DNA of 64,000 bases from Nemertoderma westbladi (GCA_032718475.1 JAUCBJ010001804.1:5402-69401); one strand, 5' to 3'. Counted from the stretch's first letter, positions 50,561 through 64,000 are shown. Translations and numbers: made by a program. The notes: generated by a model from the sequence alone, not told the origin.

Positions 50561-50873
50561 ATATACGAGCTAGTGGATCAGCAGACTAGCGTAACAATAC
50601 TGCTAACAGGGAAATAGAAGTCAAAAGGGGTGTATGCCTTCTAAAATACTTGCCGTAAAACTAAATACTAAATATCTCCTAAAATAACAAACTACAAATA
50701 ATAGAACTGCAGAATAAATCCTACTGAAAAGTAACCTAATGTAAATCAGTAGCTAGTAGGTTTCAAAGGGGGTGTATGTTTTAGGACATGGGTGTGTGTG
50801 TGTGTTACGAATAAAACAATATTGGTGTATCGCCATTATACTAGGTTTTAGTGATTTTAATCAAAACAATACT

Positions 50874-51684
50874 ACAGTACTACTACTAGGATCGGCATGC
50901 TGCATTGCAGGTGCATTTTTAAGAATGCTGTGCCGGCTTGTCAACAAAATTGTGCCACAACTCCCTATCACCCATGACATTTGCTAGATCATCCACATCA
51001 TCAAGGCCAGTGTCCTTTAAGATGCGTCTCAAGAAATTCATGGGCTGTCCACCATGCTTATTCACTCCATGAGGATGCCAAAGTACAAGATTATGCACTG
51101 GCTGGTCCTCACGGCGAAAGCAATGTCCTGCAAAGCGGAGGCGATTTTGTTCTAGTGTCAAGCTTGGGGGAACCAATGAGACACCTCCAATGTTATATAG
51201 TGTCTGGTTGGAGATGCGTGCATTGTACTTGACACAATGAACCCGGCGTAGCATTCTTGTGAATGGGCCACCAAGAGATTTGGTGTCCTCAGCAGTTAGA
51301 GCCCAGCATGGACTCCCGAAGAGGAGTACTGGAACTACTGCTGTTCTAAATAATCGGACCTTAAGTTTCCGATTAATTCTCGGTGACTTCCAAATCCTGG
51401 AAAGCCTATTCAAGGCTGCCCATGCCTTTCCCTTACGTATTCGAAGGTCCTCACCTGACTTCCGGATCCATGATCCCAGGTAACAGAAGTCATCCACATG
51501 CTCAAGCATACCATCCTTTGAGCTTATGCTCATCCGATTAGAGACTTGCTGAGGACTTTCAAAGTTAACTGTCAAAATTTTGGTCTTTCTGGAGTTAATA
51601 AAAAGACCAACACTAGAAGCAGCATGTTCTAATGAGCTGAGGAGCCGTTGGGCTCCCTCTAATGATTCTGAGAGTACTCCTAAG
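50874..51684 (-). mobile_element. 5'-truncated RTE-like non-LTR retrotransposon
   Basis: ORF 50919..51575 contains VDDFCYLGSWI, RKGKAWAA...IWKS, LKVRLFR..V.PVLLFG..CW.LT and RLRFAGHC. (TAG)n tail at ~50878-50890. Confidence 0.85.
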
Positions 51685-54600
51685 TCATCCGCCGACTCCT
51701 CCTCTGGACAACATATCTGCCGGGTTTAACTCTGTAGGGCAGTAATGCCAACTATCCAACTTAGTCGTTTCTTTAATTTCTGCTGCACGGTTGGCAACAT
51801 AGGTTTTAAACCTGCGTGATTCATTTTGAATATAATGGATGACAGTTGTAGAATCCGTCCAATAATGAGCAGGTCCAGGCATTCGTAATGCGAGTTTAAT
51901 TTGTCGTAGTATTCGAGTCCCTAAAAGTGCTGCCATAAGCTCCAAACGTGGTGTACGAACTATTTTCAAAGGAGCAGCCCTAGCTTTACTATAAGCCAGT
52001 CTTGTATCTCGTCTTCCTTCAGTCTGGGCAAGTTATACAGCAGCGCCATAACCTTCATCTGAAGCGTCGCTAAACACATGTGCCTCAATCGCTTTCAAAA
52101 CTCCATCAGAGAAATATGGCCTGGGGATACTTACACGCTCCAGCTGTCGCAAACTATTTATCCATGCCTCCCATCGGGTTTGGATATACTCTGGAAGGTA
52201 TTCTTCCCAACCTACCTGCAGAATGTAAACTTCTCTCAGAATCTGCCTACCAACCAGCGTAATGGGTGCGAGCAGGCCAAGTGGGTCATATATCCTCGCA
52301 ATGAAGGATAAATAAGAACGTTTGGTATATAAAATGGTGTCAGTAGATTCCAAGACATATTCAAAGGTATCAAGTGGCCGATTCCACAATATACCTAAAG
52401 CCCTGGATTCTCAACTGTCCGACATACCTTTAAGAATGGGTTCCCTAGACTCAACAATGCCACTGGGAAGGTCGCGGTTTTCATTGCAACCTTTTGACAG
52501 ATCCTCTGATCCAATTGGACTCACAATTTGATCAGACATAACCTTCATGAAGGTTTCAGAATTTGATATGAACTTATGTAATTTGAAACCACCCTTCTGA
52601 AGGCAATCTCTCGCTCCTTTAGCCATAATTATAATTTCAGTTTCCGTATTCTTGGAAGCCATGCCATCATCGACATAAAAATCATTTGTAATCATGTCCC
52701 TCACCTCTGCCGTACAAGTATCAGCCTGATCAATGGGAACTTGTCTCATCGACATTGTAGTGGTGCAAGATGAATCTTTATCCCCAAACATGTGCACCAG
52801 CATTTTAAAAACAGTTACTGGTACCTTTTCATCAAGGTTGTCTTCCTCACACCAGAGGAAACGAAGGCTCTCTGTATCTTCTGGATACACCTTCACCTGG
52901 TGGAACATTGCTTCCACGTCACACGTAAATGCAAAAATCCCACTCCTAAATCTCAATAAAACATCAAGACCAGTATTGAAAATATTTGGCCCTTCAACTA
53001 AATAATCATTAAGACTCCGGCCTAAATAGGTCGCTGCCGCATCATTAACCAGGCGTATCTTTCACATTCGTATTTCGTATTCGTATTTGCTCTTCCCATA
53101 CTACATGTAGAGGAAGATAACAAGTTCTAGAAGGTTCTGGTGTTCCCACTGGAACCCTTACCGCCCATCCTTTATCCAGATACTTTTCAATGATAGCCTG
53201 AATAGCTGCGTGTCGTCCCGGTATTTTATGAACCTTTTGCCTAAGTTTCCTTAATCGATTCTCTACCATCGTTCTATTGTTTATTAAATGTTCCCCGGGA
53301 TTTTTCCATAACATTTTAGTTTGATAATGACCATCAACAAAACGAATTGAATCTTTTATAGTCTGTAAAGCTCTATTATCCTCTGGAGAGTTTGCCAAAG
53401 TTGAATCGTAAAGCCCCTCACAATCTTGGTTGAAAAGGGATTCCAGATCTCGTTCGGTTCCAACATAATGAACTGACCCAGTCTTTACTTAATGGTGACA
53501 TAGCAAGCTGTCAGAATCCACATGATTCGTTACTGCAGCTGCATTGGCTTCTTCTTTTGGCAGGGTACATTTTGGCTGAATTATTGGATCCGTTTGAGTA
53601 ACAGAATTTATAGGACCCATTACCACCCATCCAAATGGTGTTCGTTCTGCTTTGGGCATATCCAGTTCACTTCCCCATCTTTCCTCAAATACTCGGTGGG
53701 CTAATAAATTATCTACCCCAATTAGTACAGTAACTTTAGGGATATCTACAGGTGGATTTTCAAACAATATATTTTGTAAGTGCGAGTATCATCGAACTTC
53801 TGTTTCATTAGGACTCGACCCAATAACTCCCAGATTTGGAAATACTGTTGCATTAGATACTTTCATCGAAAAACTATTTCCTTTATGTACTGAGTTAAAT
53901 TGACAGCTCACCATGGTGGCGGTTGTATTTGTATGTTCATTTCTCAAAGTTGCTAAATCTAAATTATACTTTTCTCCCTTAAGATTTAATCTATCACTCA
54001 CTTCCTTATCAATTAGGGTTAAGGTAGATCCAAGATCTAAAAGGGCATATGTACTTACCCCTTTGTTACCCGAACATTGATGGGGACAATTTTTAAATAA
54101 ACCTTCCCCAGATTTACAGTCATACAAATCTCTGAGTGAGCTGTCAAGTTATTTATTTTAGCCAGGGAATTATCCACCTTGGAAATATTATCTACATTTT
54201 GATTTCTTTCCTGTTCGGGTTTAATACTAAAGGCATCCATTCTTTGCCTCTGATACTCTATGGGGCCACAATCCTGAGCATTGTTTCTGAAATCACTAGA
54301 CCCACTCCTGCGGTCTCCAGTTGCTGGGGACCTAGATACACTGCGATTTGGAGTCCACCTTCTAGAATTCCACCGGTTGAAACAGTTTCGGCCAATATGT
54401 CCAGTGGAGAGGCAAAAACGGCACAATCTGTTCTCCCTTATGTAATCCCATTGCGGTGCACTCCGCCACTGATCACACTCAACCGTCGTATGAGAGTTAT
54501 TGTTTGGATGAAGATGACATCGTGAGTTTAAATTACAAATATTCAAATTCGATCTCTGGTTAGAATGTTCCGTACGAGAATTCGATGGTGATTGTTCACT

Positions 54601-57600
54601 ACTAAATGTGACTTGTCTTTTAATAGAAGGTTTAGCGGCATTACTAAAACCACCGGATGCTACAAACACATTGGATTTCACAGAGTTTCCTTCTGATTCA
54701 AAAGCTCTCCTTGGAATATCTTCTCGGGATCTCCAATAATTTTCCTCCCCTTTGTCCACCGGTTTTACTCGATTAGTGCGAAAACGTTCCTCACTGTATA
54801 TGGGATCATTCATAATCTCAGCTTGATCTTCCAAAAATTGTGCAAGTTCAAACAGGTTATACCTACTCCTAATTGTCGCTGCAGTTTTCCTCCATTTTCC
54901 CCTGGCCCAATAAGGGAGAACCTCTACTAGCTGTCGCATATTATTAGGTGAATTAAGTTCATGCGGCATGCTTAATTCAGTAAGGGCCACCAATGTTTTA
55001 TTCACTTTATCAGAAAAATCTCTAAAATTATCTTTTGTTTTAATTTCATTATTATCAACAAGTCTATCGATAGTAGCCTGGACAATCAAACCCGGATTTC
55101 CATAACGCTTTTCTAAAACGCTCCATGCTAAAGAAAATTCGTCCGTCAGCCCAGCATACTGTCGAACGACTTGATGCGCCTTACCTTTGGTATAAGCCAA
55201 AAGATAATTCATCTTTCTGACCATGGAAATATTTTTATTTAATATTTCCTCGGTGTAAAGATGCCGAAACTGTATTTATTCTTCCGGCTCTTCACCGTCA
55301 AAGATAAAGGGTTCTATATTTGGAAGCTCCAGTTTCATTTTAAGGGCTTCCACTACAGCGTCAATTTGATTATGGCTTGGTTCATTTAAACTGACTACCG
55401 GTACATCATTTGGCCTACCTCTACCACCATTATTTGAGTTATCCCCGGATCCTTCTCCAGGATCCGAGGTTGAGGTTGAGGTTGACTACCGGTAGGCCTA
55501 TATATCGCAGTATTCACGGTACCGGTAGCATCGCTAGGCCTACCGCCCACATTTATCTTCCTATCCAGGCCTACACCAACCGGTACTTCATAACTGGTTC
55601 CCAAATGCCTACTGCTACTACTGTATTGGGGTACATACCTGCCCGATGGAATAAAAGTATCTGCTAAAGGGTTTCTTCCTAACAGTACCGGTACTTTACT
55701 TGACTTAGCGCTTACCGGTACTGCTAGCCCCAGTTCTAATTTACTGCTTTCACCTTGGCCTACCACTGGTGCAGTTATTGGTACTATATTTTGGCAGGCC
55801 TACTTGTATCGTGATGTGCTACCGGTACCGGTACGTTACGCGAAAATCGATTTAAACACTGAGAATCATATTACTCAGCTTCAGATGATTGGGTTACTGG
55901 TACAGGTTCCTCACATTCACTATCCGCATCATCATATGTACTCAGGCCTACATGGTGACGGCTATGGTCATCTACAGTATAATACTATACGTTTTCATAA
56001 TTCCTATCGATACCTGATTTCTGATTAGGCTTACTTATTGTACTCTTTGGTCGCAATACAAAACCGTCACCGGAATTAGATCTTGGCCTAGCATTACTAG
56101 CACCCCTATCACAACCTTGCAGTTGGTTCTGTGTTTTGATTGGTTGATAAATATCTGCATTATGTAAAATATTTTCAACTTCACCCACCTCTTTATTTGG
56201 TGTAGTAAATGTCCTTGGATTAAATCCTACCGTACCTGGGGGATTCTCTGCTGTTATAGGGCTAATAATCTTAACTGATCTACATGTTTGTTTGTCGGGT
56301 TTGTGGTACATTGGCGTTTCACGGGTCAAGACACTGTCAATCTCTGGGATGCGGTTTACATAGGTTAATGTGTCCATAGTAACCATTTCCCTCGGTTGGG
56401 TTTGTTTACCACTACTAGTCTCGGATTGCAATTGGGATATATAATTTTCAGCATCTATTAATTTAATTTCTCTCGCTATTTTGTCACACTCATCTTGTTC
56501 ATCACGCTCTCGTCGACGTTCCTTACGTTCCCATTCTATTTTATTTTCCCGATCTTTAAGGGCCTTTATTTTATCCTCTCTCTCTACCTGCTGCCTATAC
56601 CTAATTATCTCTGAGGAACGGGTAGATCCCACAGCAGACCTAAGCTTACTTCCCCCCAGATAATCCCCCTGGTTACTCACATCAATTTTTGATACCGAAT
56701 CTTCTGGATTCAAGAGAGGAATTTCGCCTTCGGCCGTTGCTAGGGGTTGTATCCCTTCCTCGTTTCCTACTAGGCCATTTTGGTTTTCCCCACCAGCGCT
56801 TGGAGAGGTACCTCTGCGGATCTCCTCCAGCTGGGTTTTAACCCTTGCTTGGATTTCCTGCGACCGCGATACCTCTCCACACACAACTAAATGCCTACAG
56901 TACCTATTAATAAAGTCATAATCCTCACCATTTTGCGCCGAGTCACTAGGAGTTACCATAGTTTGAATTCCAATGAACCTTCGTTCAGCCCTCTTGAATC
57001 TTCGATGGAGTTCTGTTGGTTCCATAGTCTCCTCTAGCAGCACGTTGCCTCTGCGGGATGTTTTGGTCGCACATCTGGATCTGATGACACCCGCCCCTCC
57101 AGACTCTGTTGAAACGTCGAAGTTCCTTGTTGAACCGTTGTTACCCCCTGCCCCAATGAAGGGTTTAAGTCTCGCTCCGTGAGAAAACTTTCCCGTTCCA
57201 TTCGCGTCACTCATCGTCGTCACGCCTCGAATATTATTTCCTCCAGATTTCAACTCTTTTATTCTCTGTCACTTCTCCAAGCAGGTGAATTATTTCTGAC
57301 TTTTGTTGCGGAGAATCTTCCTAGCCACTTTTTACTTGGAGAAAAACACTTCCTGTACGAGCCCACACTTTATACAGTGTAATAACAGTTTATTGTAATA
57401 ATATGATACACACAGTTATCAAATAGAGACAATCACAGAATGCAATTATTAACGAGTGGGAGACACTCGTCAGAAATAGTGTTTCCACCATGGCTATTTC
57501 TCTATCTCCGCTCTCTGAGGGGAAAGAGTCAACACTGGGGCCATAATGGAAAAACTACTTTGTCTTATCAATTATCATCTCTGCCATTCCATGTGGCGCG

Positions 57601-57672
57601 GGCGGTGGCATTCTGTGATTGGCTCGCTCCTTCCTACATTACAAACCCATCACCATTAACCAAATAATAACA
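51685..57672 (-). mobile_element. Decayed BEL/Pao element 3 (different family): 5' LTR, gag, PR, RT, RNase H; integrase end missing
   Basis: Motifs KMNYLLAY, CRFCLSTGHIGRNC, YALLDLGST, DVEAMFHQV, DFYVDD, IARIYDPLG, HVFSDAS, PRLELMAA and NPADMLSRG. Several stops and frameshifts. Confidence 0.9.
57337..57672 (-). repeat. Probable 5' LTR of element 3 (~335 bp)
   Basis: On the minus strand it starts TGTTA, contains CCAAT and AATAAA, and ends near ..TCCA just before GTAAAAAG and the gag leader. There is no second LTR to confirm the boundaries. Confidence 0.5.
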
Positions 57673-59424
57673 TCCCTAGTACTAGTTGGGAGATTGCCAA
57701 GATGCCCTTACTTCGATTTCCTACTTATATTATTATTAATATTGAATCTAAAGTCGTTATATTGAATGGGGCGAGCCTTAAGGTGCTTTACAACGTTTTG
57801 AGGGAGGATAAAATTACTTTGTTGTATATGTATATATCATCATTTCTTTCGTTACATATCTACTAATAGGAAATAGGCATATTACATTACTACAAATCAA
57901 GTCAAAAGTACGTAGGATTTAGAATGTTTTTTACGTGGTACTGTAAATTGCTACTTAACAGTGAAATAATCCAACAAAGACGGCAGACAAGCGCACCAAA
58001 TTTGCTCTTAAGGCAAAGATGCAACAACAACAATATCTGGCAAATTTGAGGTATCAAAAACACCAATTTAATAAACTCCAGTCAGTCGGAAAAAGTTCAA
58101 TACGAACAAGTCAAGATGCTATTAGAAGAGCGACGTCACGGGTAGACAAGAATCTTCCAGGTTGTAAAGCTATGACGAGGGTGATATTTCAACTCAGCAA
58201 ACGAAATTATTCAGCCAGTGACGATGAGTGTAACAATGAAGATGGCAATTTCGGTGGTAATGGCGGTTGTCTCTCTCTTTATGTTAAACGTAAAGCATTT
58301 GAATTTTATTGTCTGGATGAGATTAGCAGTTGGAGGAGAGATTTCAAAATTCTACGTCAGGGCGAAAGAAGATCATAAAACAGAAACGATACCTCCATTA
58401 CATAGTCTTGGAAACCTATGCACTTTTAAAAAAAGATAATCCAGATTTGAAGATTGGTAAGTATAAATTTGCAGACCTCCGTCCATGGTATGTGTTACCA
58501 ATGTCTGAGACCAAACATATTGTTTGTTTGTGCCTTTATCATGAAAATTACAATTATAAAATTAAAGCAATTTCCAAGTTTTGTGATATACCACTAAGCA
58601 CTGAGAATGGTATGATTTGTACGAACAAAGCAAACAAATATAATTGTTACCATAAAAAATGCAATGATTGTATCCATCTGCATAAACGAGCTTATCTGCC
58701 TAACTTGGTAATTGATGAGAGCACAGTAATAAATTTGAAAGAGTGGAAAACAGTTGGTACTAAGTATGACATCTATGACTCGAGTGTGAATTTGAAAGAT
58801 CTTTTAGACAACATTAATAATGTTGCAACAGTTGAATTTTTGCATCACTGCTACATTAAACAAGAATCCCAGGCAAAACGAAACCCAAACGTCACATTGG
58901 AATCCTCCCCAAATTACGCTATTTACAGTATGCACTTGGCACGCAGGGAAGGAATCTTGCTACACGATTGTTAGTGATGATAGAACAAAAGGCAAATTCT
59001 GTATAAATGCTTTTTTAACCAAAATTATAAAGCTGGAAAAAATTAAGCACCCCATGTTGAAAAATATCTACATATTTTCGGATGGCGCTTCATCTCAGTT
59101 TAAAAATAAATACAATTTAGCTAATATGCATAGAATCAAGACTAAATTTGGGCTACATAAAGTGGTTTGGGCTTTGCTTCCTACCATGGAAAGGGGGTTG
59201 TTGATAAGATTGGCAGATCAATAAAACGCTATGTCTGGAGACGTGTTAAAGTCGATCAGTTTGTTGTGAAGTTTGATGTACTGATGGAAAAACGGCCATA
59301 CACACAATTACCATCAATCAAATAGAGAAACTCAACGACGCTGAATTTTATGAAGAAATTGATAAACATTTAGTTCCAGGAACTAGAAAATTTCATTACT
59401 TTCAATTCAATAATGATCGTCATT

Positions 59425-59715
59425 GATTAAAATATAATAAAATATCCAAATCCATAAATCCAAAATTAAATATAAAACTGCACCAGCATCCCACCACCAA
59501 TCAGAACAAAACAATTAAAACAATAAAATTTAACATACAATTAAAAAAGGTGCACCGTGAATTAATAATGGTCTGCGAGGTCATTCCCCCGCAGACCCGC
59601 ACCATCCCCAAAGCCCAGCGCCCTCCAGGGACGCCGGCCACCACGCAAACAGAGGGAGTTGGAGCGGAGGAGCGCGAACTGAAGCCGCCTCCGAACTCCC
59701 CCGAGAACGCAGGAT
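59425..59715 (-). mobile_element. 5'-truncated non-LTR retrotransposon insertion (CRE/RLE-type C-terminus) with a 15-bp TSD
   Basis: Direct repeat ATAATGATCGTCATT at 59410-59424 and 59716-59730. The minus strand encodes RRRLQFALLRSNSLCLRG followed by a T-rich 3' UTR. Confidence 0.7.
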
Positions 59716-60106
59716 ATAATGATCGTCATTTCATTGCCAAGATATATCCCAGTGCAACAGAGAATCGAATATTTTTCTTTGGTGATGTAACAATTGCTGG
59801 TGGTAGAAATGCAAAAAATGCTGAGGCTGAGGATGCTTTTGATAGGGGCGCCGATGGTAGTGCTGGAGAGGTTGAGCAGTTCACAATAGTAATTGATCTA
59901 ATAATTGAGTAATAGATAGCAGTTGAACCCAACCAAAATAATATAAGAGAGCCTGTTGGTGACTCTGACAACAGTAGTGATGGCAGTATTTGTGTTGAAG
60001 CGGACACTGAAGAAGATATTGTTGTGTCTGAGGACATTGATGAAGAGATCGACCGCTCCCTGAATAAATATGACTGGCTATTAGCCTCTGTCCCATATGA
60101 GAATAG

Positions 60107-61378
60107 GGTGTTCGGACACTTCCCCCCCGGACACTTCCCCCCCGGACAGTTCCCCCCCGCTCAAGTAGGACACTTCCCCCCCGGACACTTCCCCCCCAGA
60201 CACTTCCCCCCCGCGGACACTTCCCCCCCGACTGTTCTTAACTTCGCACATTCGTATTTTTCATTTTGTAAGGCAAACGGACCGCTTGTATCCAGATAAG
60301 TTGTATCCAATTTTCCTTTCGTAGCTCAGAAAGTGATCTTTTGCATCCCGATTTTACATTTTATATCCAAGTTTTATTTATGGGTTTTATCAATGCAATT
60401 ACATCGTATTGTTTGCTAATCTTTAAACAATTAATTATATTAGATGACCTATAAATTCCATCCCCGGAATGATATACTGTTTTTATTAACTATAGAATTA
60501 TAATAATTAATTGTTTTAATTATAGGTATTATTATGTAATAGTCTTCTTCAAATTGTAGCAGATGGGGATGAATATTATTGTTGCAATCAAAATTATACC
60601 TCTCCAGGGTAAAATCGACATGCGTCGACCTGTATTCTGTGTTCAGCATTACATATTGATATACATATACTACTACTATACATACTATATAGATATTATA
60701 CACACTACATATTAAATTTCCTGGTTACTTGCAATATTTTTAATAGGATTTTGTTGAATTATATAATATTGTAGTAATTTATATATTAAATTGGTTAACA
60801 TTCAATACAGCTCCTACTTTAGGCTTAGTCAATTTATTATCTGATGATACAAACATGAATTAATTATTTCAAAATGGTCTTAAGTCTTTCACCACGGGCA
60901 CTCAGGGAAATGCCGGGGTCTGGGGGCGATAACCTCCAAGAAAAGAAGCGGGGGTTTGGGGGCGGCAGCCCCCAAGAAAGGAAGCGGGGGTTTGGGGGCG
61001 GCAGCCCCCAAGAAAAGAAGCGGGGGTTTGGGGGCGGTAGCCCCCAACAAAAGAAGCGGGGGTTTGGGGGCGGCAGCCCCCAATTAAAAGAAATTAAAAG
61101 AATTAAAGGAATTAAAAGAAAAACAAACAAAATTTGACTATAAAAATGTTTCTTTTATAATTTTGAAAAAACTTGTCTAGATACAACTTGTCCTGTAACC
61201 ATCTTTAACTTTTGTTTATTGCTTTGATGCACCCAGATTAATTTTAACACTTTAACTGGGGGGGAAGTGTCCGGGGGGCAAGTGTCCGGGGGGGAAGTGT
61301 CCGGGGGGGAAGTGTCCTACTTGGGCGGGGGGGAAGTGTCCGGGGGGGAAGTGTCCGGGGGGGAAGTGTCCTAGATCC
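60107..61378. mobile_element. Foldback/MULE-like non-autonomous element with (GGACACTTCCCCCCC)n terminal arrays
   Basis: Inverted 15-bp arrays at 60114-60232 and 61257-61371 and GG...CC ends. 8-bp TSD GAGAATAG (60099-60106, 61379-61386). Internal 36-bp repeat x4 at ~60935-61085. Confidence 0.85.
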
Positions 61379-61955
61379 GAGAATAGATCCAAACAAATCG
61401 AAGAATTTTGTTGGTCAGGTTGTCTTAGTATCTGGGAACGAGGTGTCTGTTGAATACACGAAACGCGTTTTATCTAGCCATAAATTTTGTGATTCTCTCA
61501 CATTCATCTTTCTCGACCACCAGAACATGGGAAGCATCAATTTGATACCATAATGAGGAAATTGGCCAAGCCCATTTGCCATTTCTGGAGGGACGACCAT
61601 GCAGAAACGTACATTCCATTTCGAGATTCCTACTTTGGGAGATGATGATCTTCCAAACTAAATGAACAATATAATTATAACTCAATAAGCCTAATTTCTA
61701 ATCATTTGACTGTTGCGTTGCTACCTGTTTCCTTTATTAATTTGACTTTCAAGATAGTTTTTAATATGCCAATATGAATACTAGCCGTGTTTTCTTGTTA
61801 AACCTCCATAAATTCCACTTACCCCCCCCCCCCCCCCCCCCCCCCCCCCGACCATTAATGTTATGCCCAAGTACTGCTACACCTCTCCCCATTCCTGTTA
61901 TATAATTTTATTGTTACTCATTTATCCTAATAGGTAACAACATAGATTAAATATT

Positions 61956-62041
61956 AAGGATGTTGAAGGCTAACGACACCAGCGAGTATCGGCCTTCAAC
62001 AAGGCCAACACTCGCTGGTGTCGTCACGCTTCAACATCCTT
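61956..62041. repeat. Isolated 86-nt stem-loop
   Basis: aaggatgttgaag..acgacaccagcgagt..ggcctt-caac-aaggcc..actcgctggtgtcgt..cttcaacatcctt. Confidence 0.8.
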
Positions 62042-63289
62042 CATCCTTCAACATCCGCTTTAAGATCTTTACCCTTCTTTCTAATAGATTATATAGTTTA
62101 TTGTTTTGTTTAGAAAAACGGCCATCTCGATAAATACCCTTCTCCACAAATTGGTAACAACATTGTTTATTGTTTTGATGAGAAAAATAATAATAGTATG
62201 TTATTGCTAATCAGTAATGGGGGATGAGGGGGGTTATTAGCATATAATACTCGCATTGGTTATCAACAAAGTACAATTATACAATAAATAACCGGCTGCA
62301 GAATTGTATTGATTTTTTTAATTACATAACCATTGAGTGTATTCCATGATGCTTTGCAGCACTGATGTTTCCAATGTATTTGATTCTGATTTTTTGCTTT
62401 TGCTCCATTTCATTTTTGCGGCAGCAAAATGCAATATATTTTCTTACATAATATAGGCTTAGTTATGTGCAGTAAACTTCCGGTATCATTTAGTGTAAGA
62501 TGGGTAGGATTAGGGTGGGGTTGTGAAACACACCTGTTTGTTGAGCAGTTAATTATGTTTGGTTTTTTGTTTGTTTGATTTTGATGGCCCTAGTGGCTTT
62601 GTACTAATTTTGGGCTAAATGTCCTGATTCTATATTTTTTTCTAGTTTGTGGGGTGTAAGTCTCTGAAAAAACCTTTGCTATTATGGTGTTAAAATTATG
62701 TCCATCTGTGTATGCTCTCCATCAGTATATGGTTGATATCAATTTTGTATTAATTTTCACAGCATTTAAGTTAAACTGAGTGCACATAGTGATCCAAAGC
62801 TGTGCAAGTCTAAATTTATCCCATTTAATTTTTTATGGAAACCACCGCGAGTTGAAAACGGAAAACGGTAATAGTCGTAAACAGGATATCACTACCCTGG
62901 GTTCAGGAGGCTTTGCATTTAGGTATTTTGCTAGACTTTAAAAATGATTAAATGTAATTTAAAGCGTGATATTCAAAGAAAAAGGAGTGTATTTAGTGGT
63001 AAACTATTAAATCTGCGACATGAATTTAACTTTGTCTCGCCTCTGAACTTATCCAACGTGTTCATTGTGCCTGGAATAACAACGTCCGACTAGTGTGGAA
63101 TTTGCCTTATAATGCTCATATCGTTTCATATTTGAGGGGTTGGTTGGTTTTGAGCCTAAATTTATGATATCAAAGCAGGTAGTAAACTTTTAGAAAACGG
63201 TGCTAGCATCTGAGAAACTTTGGGCTAGTTTTTTGGCTAATCTGGTTTGGAATGATTGCTGGGGTCGTAGCGGTTGCATTGCAATCTTA

Positions 63290-63480
63290 GGCTGCGTTCA
63301 CACCACCACCGAGTCAAAGTCAAAAGACAAAATGTAAAACACATCACATGAAATTTAATTTTTTCTAGAATGCCCTTAAGTATTATATTAATTAGGCCTA
63401 TAATGTATTATTATTTATTATTGCTAGCTAGCTATATTTATTTTCTTTTGTCGTTGACTTTGACTTGGTAGTGTAAACAT
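63290..63480. mobile_element. Small degenerate MITE (Harbinger-like left end)
   Basis: ggctgcgttcacac..ccgagtcaaagtcaaaagacaaaa is mirrored by ttttgtcgttgactttgacttggtagtgtaaac. Confidence 0.45.
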
Positions 63481-64000
63481 TAGATGAATATGTAACGTGT
63501 GCAATATTTGTGATATTTCTTCATTGTGCAATAACTCTATATAAGTGATAATTTAACATAGGCCTACACTCTTACTCATGGTAACATGTTGAGGGTGGGT
63601 GTATGTATGTAAAGAACTGTGTCCAGTTAAAACAGGTGAGATGGTCATTGTTGATGACGAAGTCGGGGATATGTTGCAGTATATTTCTACGATCGTGCTG
63701 CATTGCTGCACTGCTAATTATATAAAATCGATGCTTAAGAATATTTCGCGGGCGACTTCACCTATCAGCCTATGAATTAGCCACCACCCCACCATAAGGA
63801 CCACTGGACTACGAGTTTAACCATCCAGGCGCCTACAGTTTATCCTTTGCGATTTTTTGGAACAGTATCATCTACCGGTACGATTTATCCATTGTGACTT
63901 AGAGTTTAAATGGCGGCGGGACGATGTCCCCTATCTTCCCGACGATTTCGAGTTCATCCGGCATGGCAACCAGCGGGGGGACGACGTCGTCTACGATTTA

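Larger units (their letters stand above)
58019..61610 (+). pseudogene. Decayed DNA-transposon transposase (Sola2-like) interrupted by two insertions
   Basis: Motifs spread across shifting frames: KQKRYL, KFADLRPWYV, CLCLYHEN, HW...QITLF, IVSDD, IFSDGASSQFKNKY, HGKGVVD..G..IKR, VPGTRKFH. The Sola2 label is from motif memory only. Confidence 0.6.

Noticed and set aside
60864-61137. ORFs with KKRGFGGGSPQ or WGLPPPNPRFF repeats
   Set aside because: Translations of a 36-bp tandem repeat inside a non-autonomous element.
62940-63250. Possible L2/CR1-like LINE remnant (AWNNNVRLVWNLPYNAH)
   Set aside because: A single short motif in broken frames, too weak to annotate without a search.

Overview
AT-rich eukaryotic (most likely invertebrate animal) DNA made almost entirely of transposable elements. 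The only clear host gene is an intronless TMEM222 (6294-6848, +). The centre is a three-level nest. A ~1.9 kb solo LTR (21278-44125, TSD ACTAC) is split by a full-length BEL/Pao LTR retrotransposon (21767-42702, near-identical 1.9 kb LTRs, TSD GTAGG). That element's 3' LTR is in turn split by a 4.0 kb P-superfamily/THAP DNA transposon (38399-42403, 62-bp TIRs, 8-bp TSD). The BEL/Pao element is unusual in five ways: (1) TA..TA instead of TG..CA ends and no TGG-type primer-binding site; (2) a complete tRNA-like Pol III unit (A box, B box, T6) inside each LTR; (3) non-env accessory ORFs after pol with a triple CCHC-type zinc-knuckle array; (4) a conserved exon-like block in the leader; (5) a 20-nt quasi-palindrome repeated at least 9 times through coding (all three frames) and non-coding sequence and also present in a diverged sister element. 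Two further decayed BEL/Pao elements (minus strand), RTE- and CR1-like LINE fragments, a decayed Sola-like transposase with two insertions, and many MITEs with verifiable TSDs fill the rest. All coordinates and comparisons were made by eye; no searches were run.
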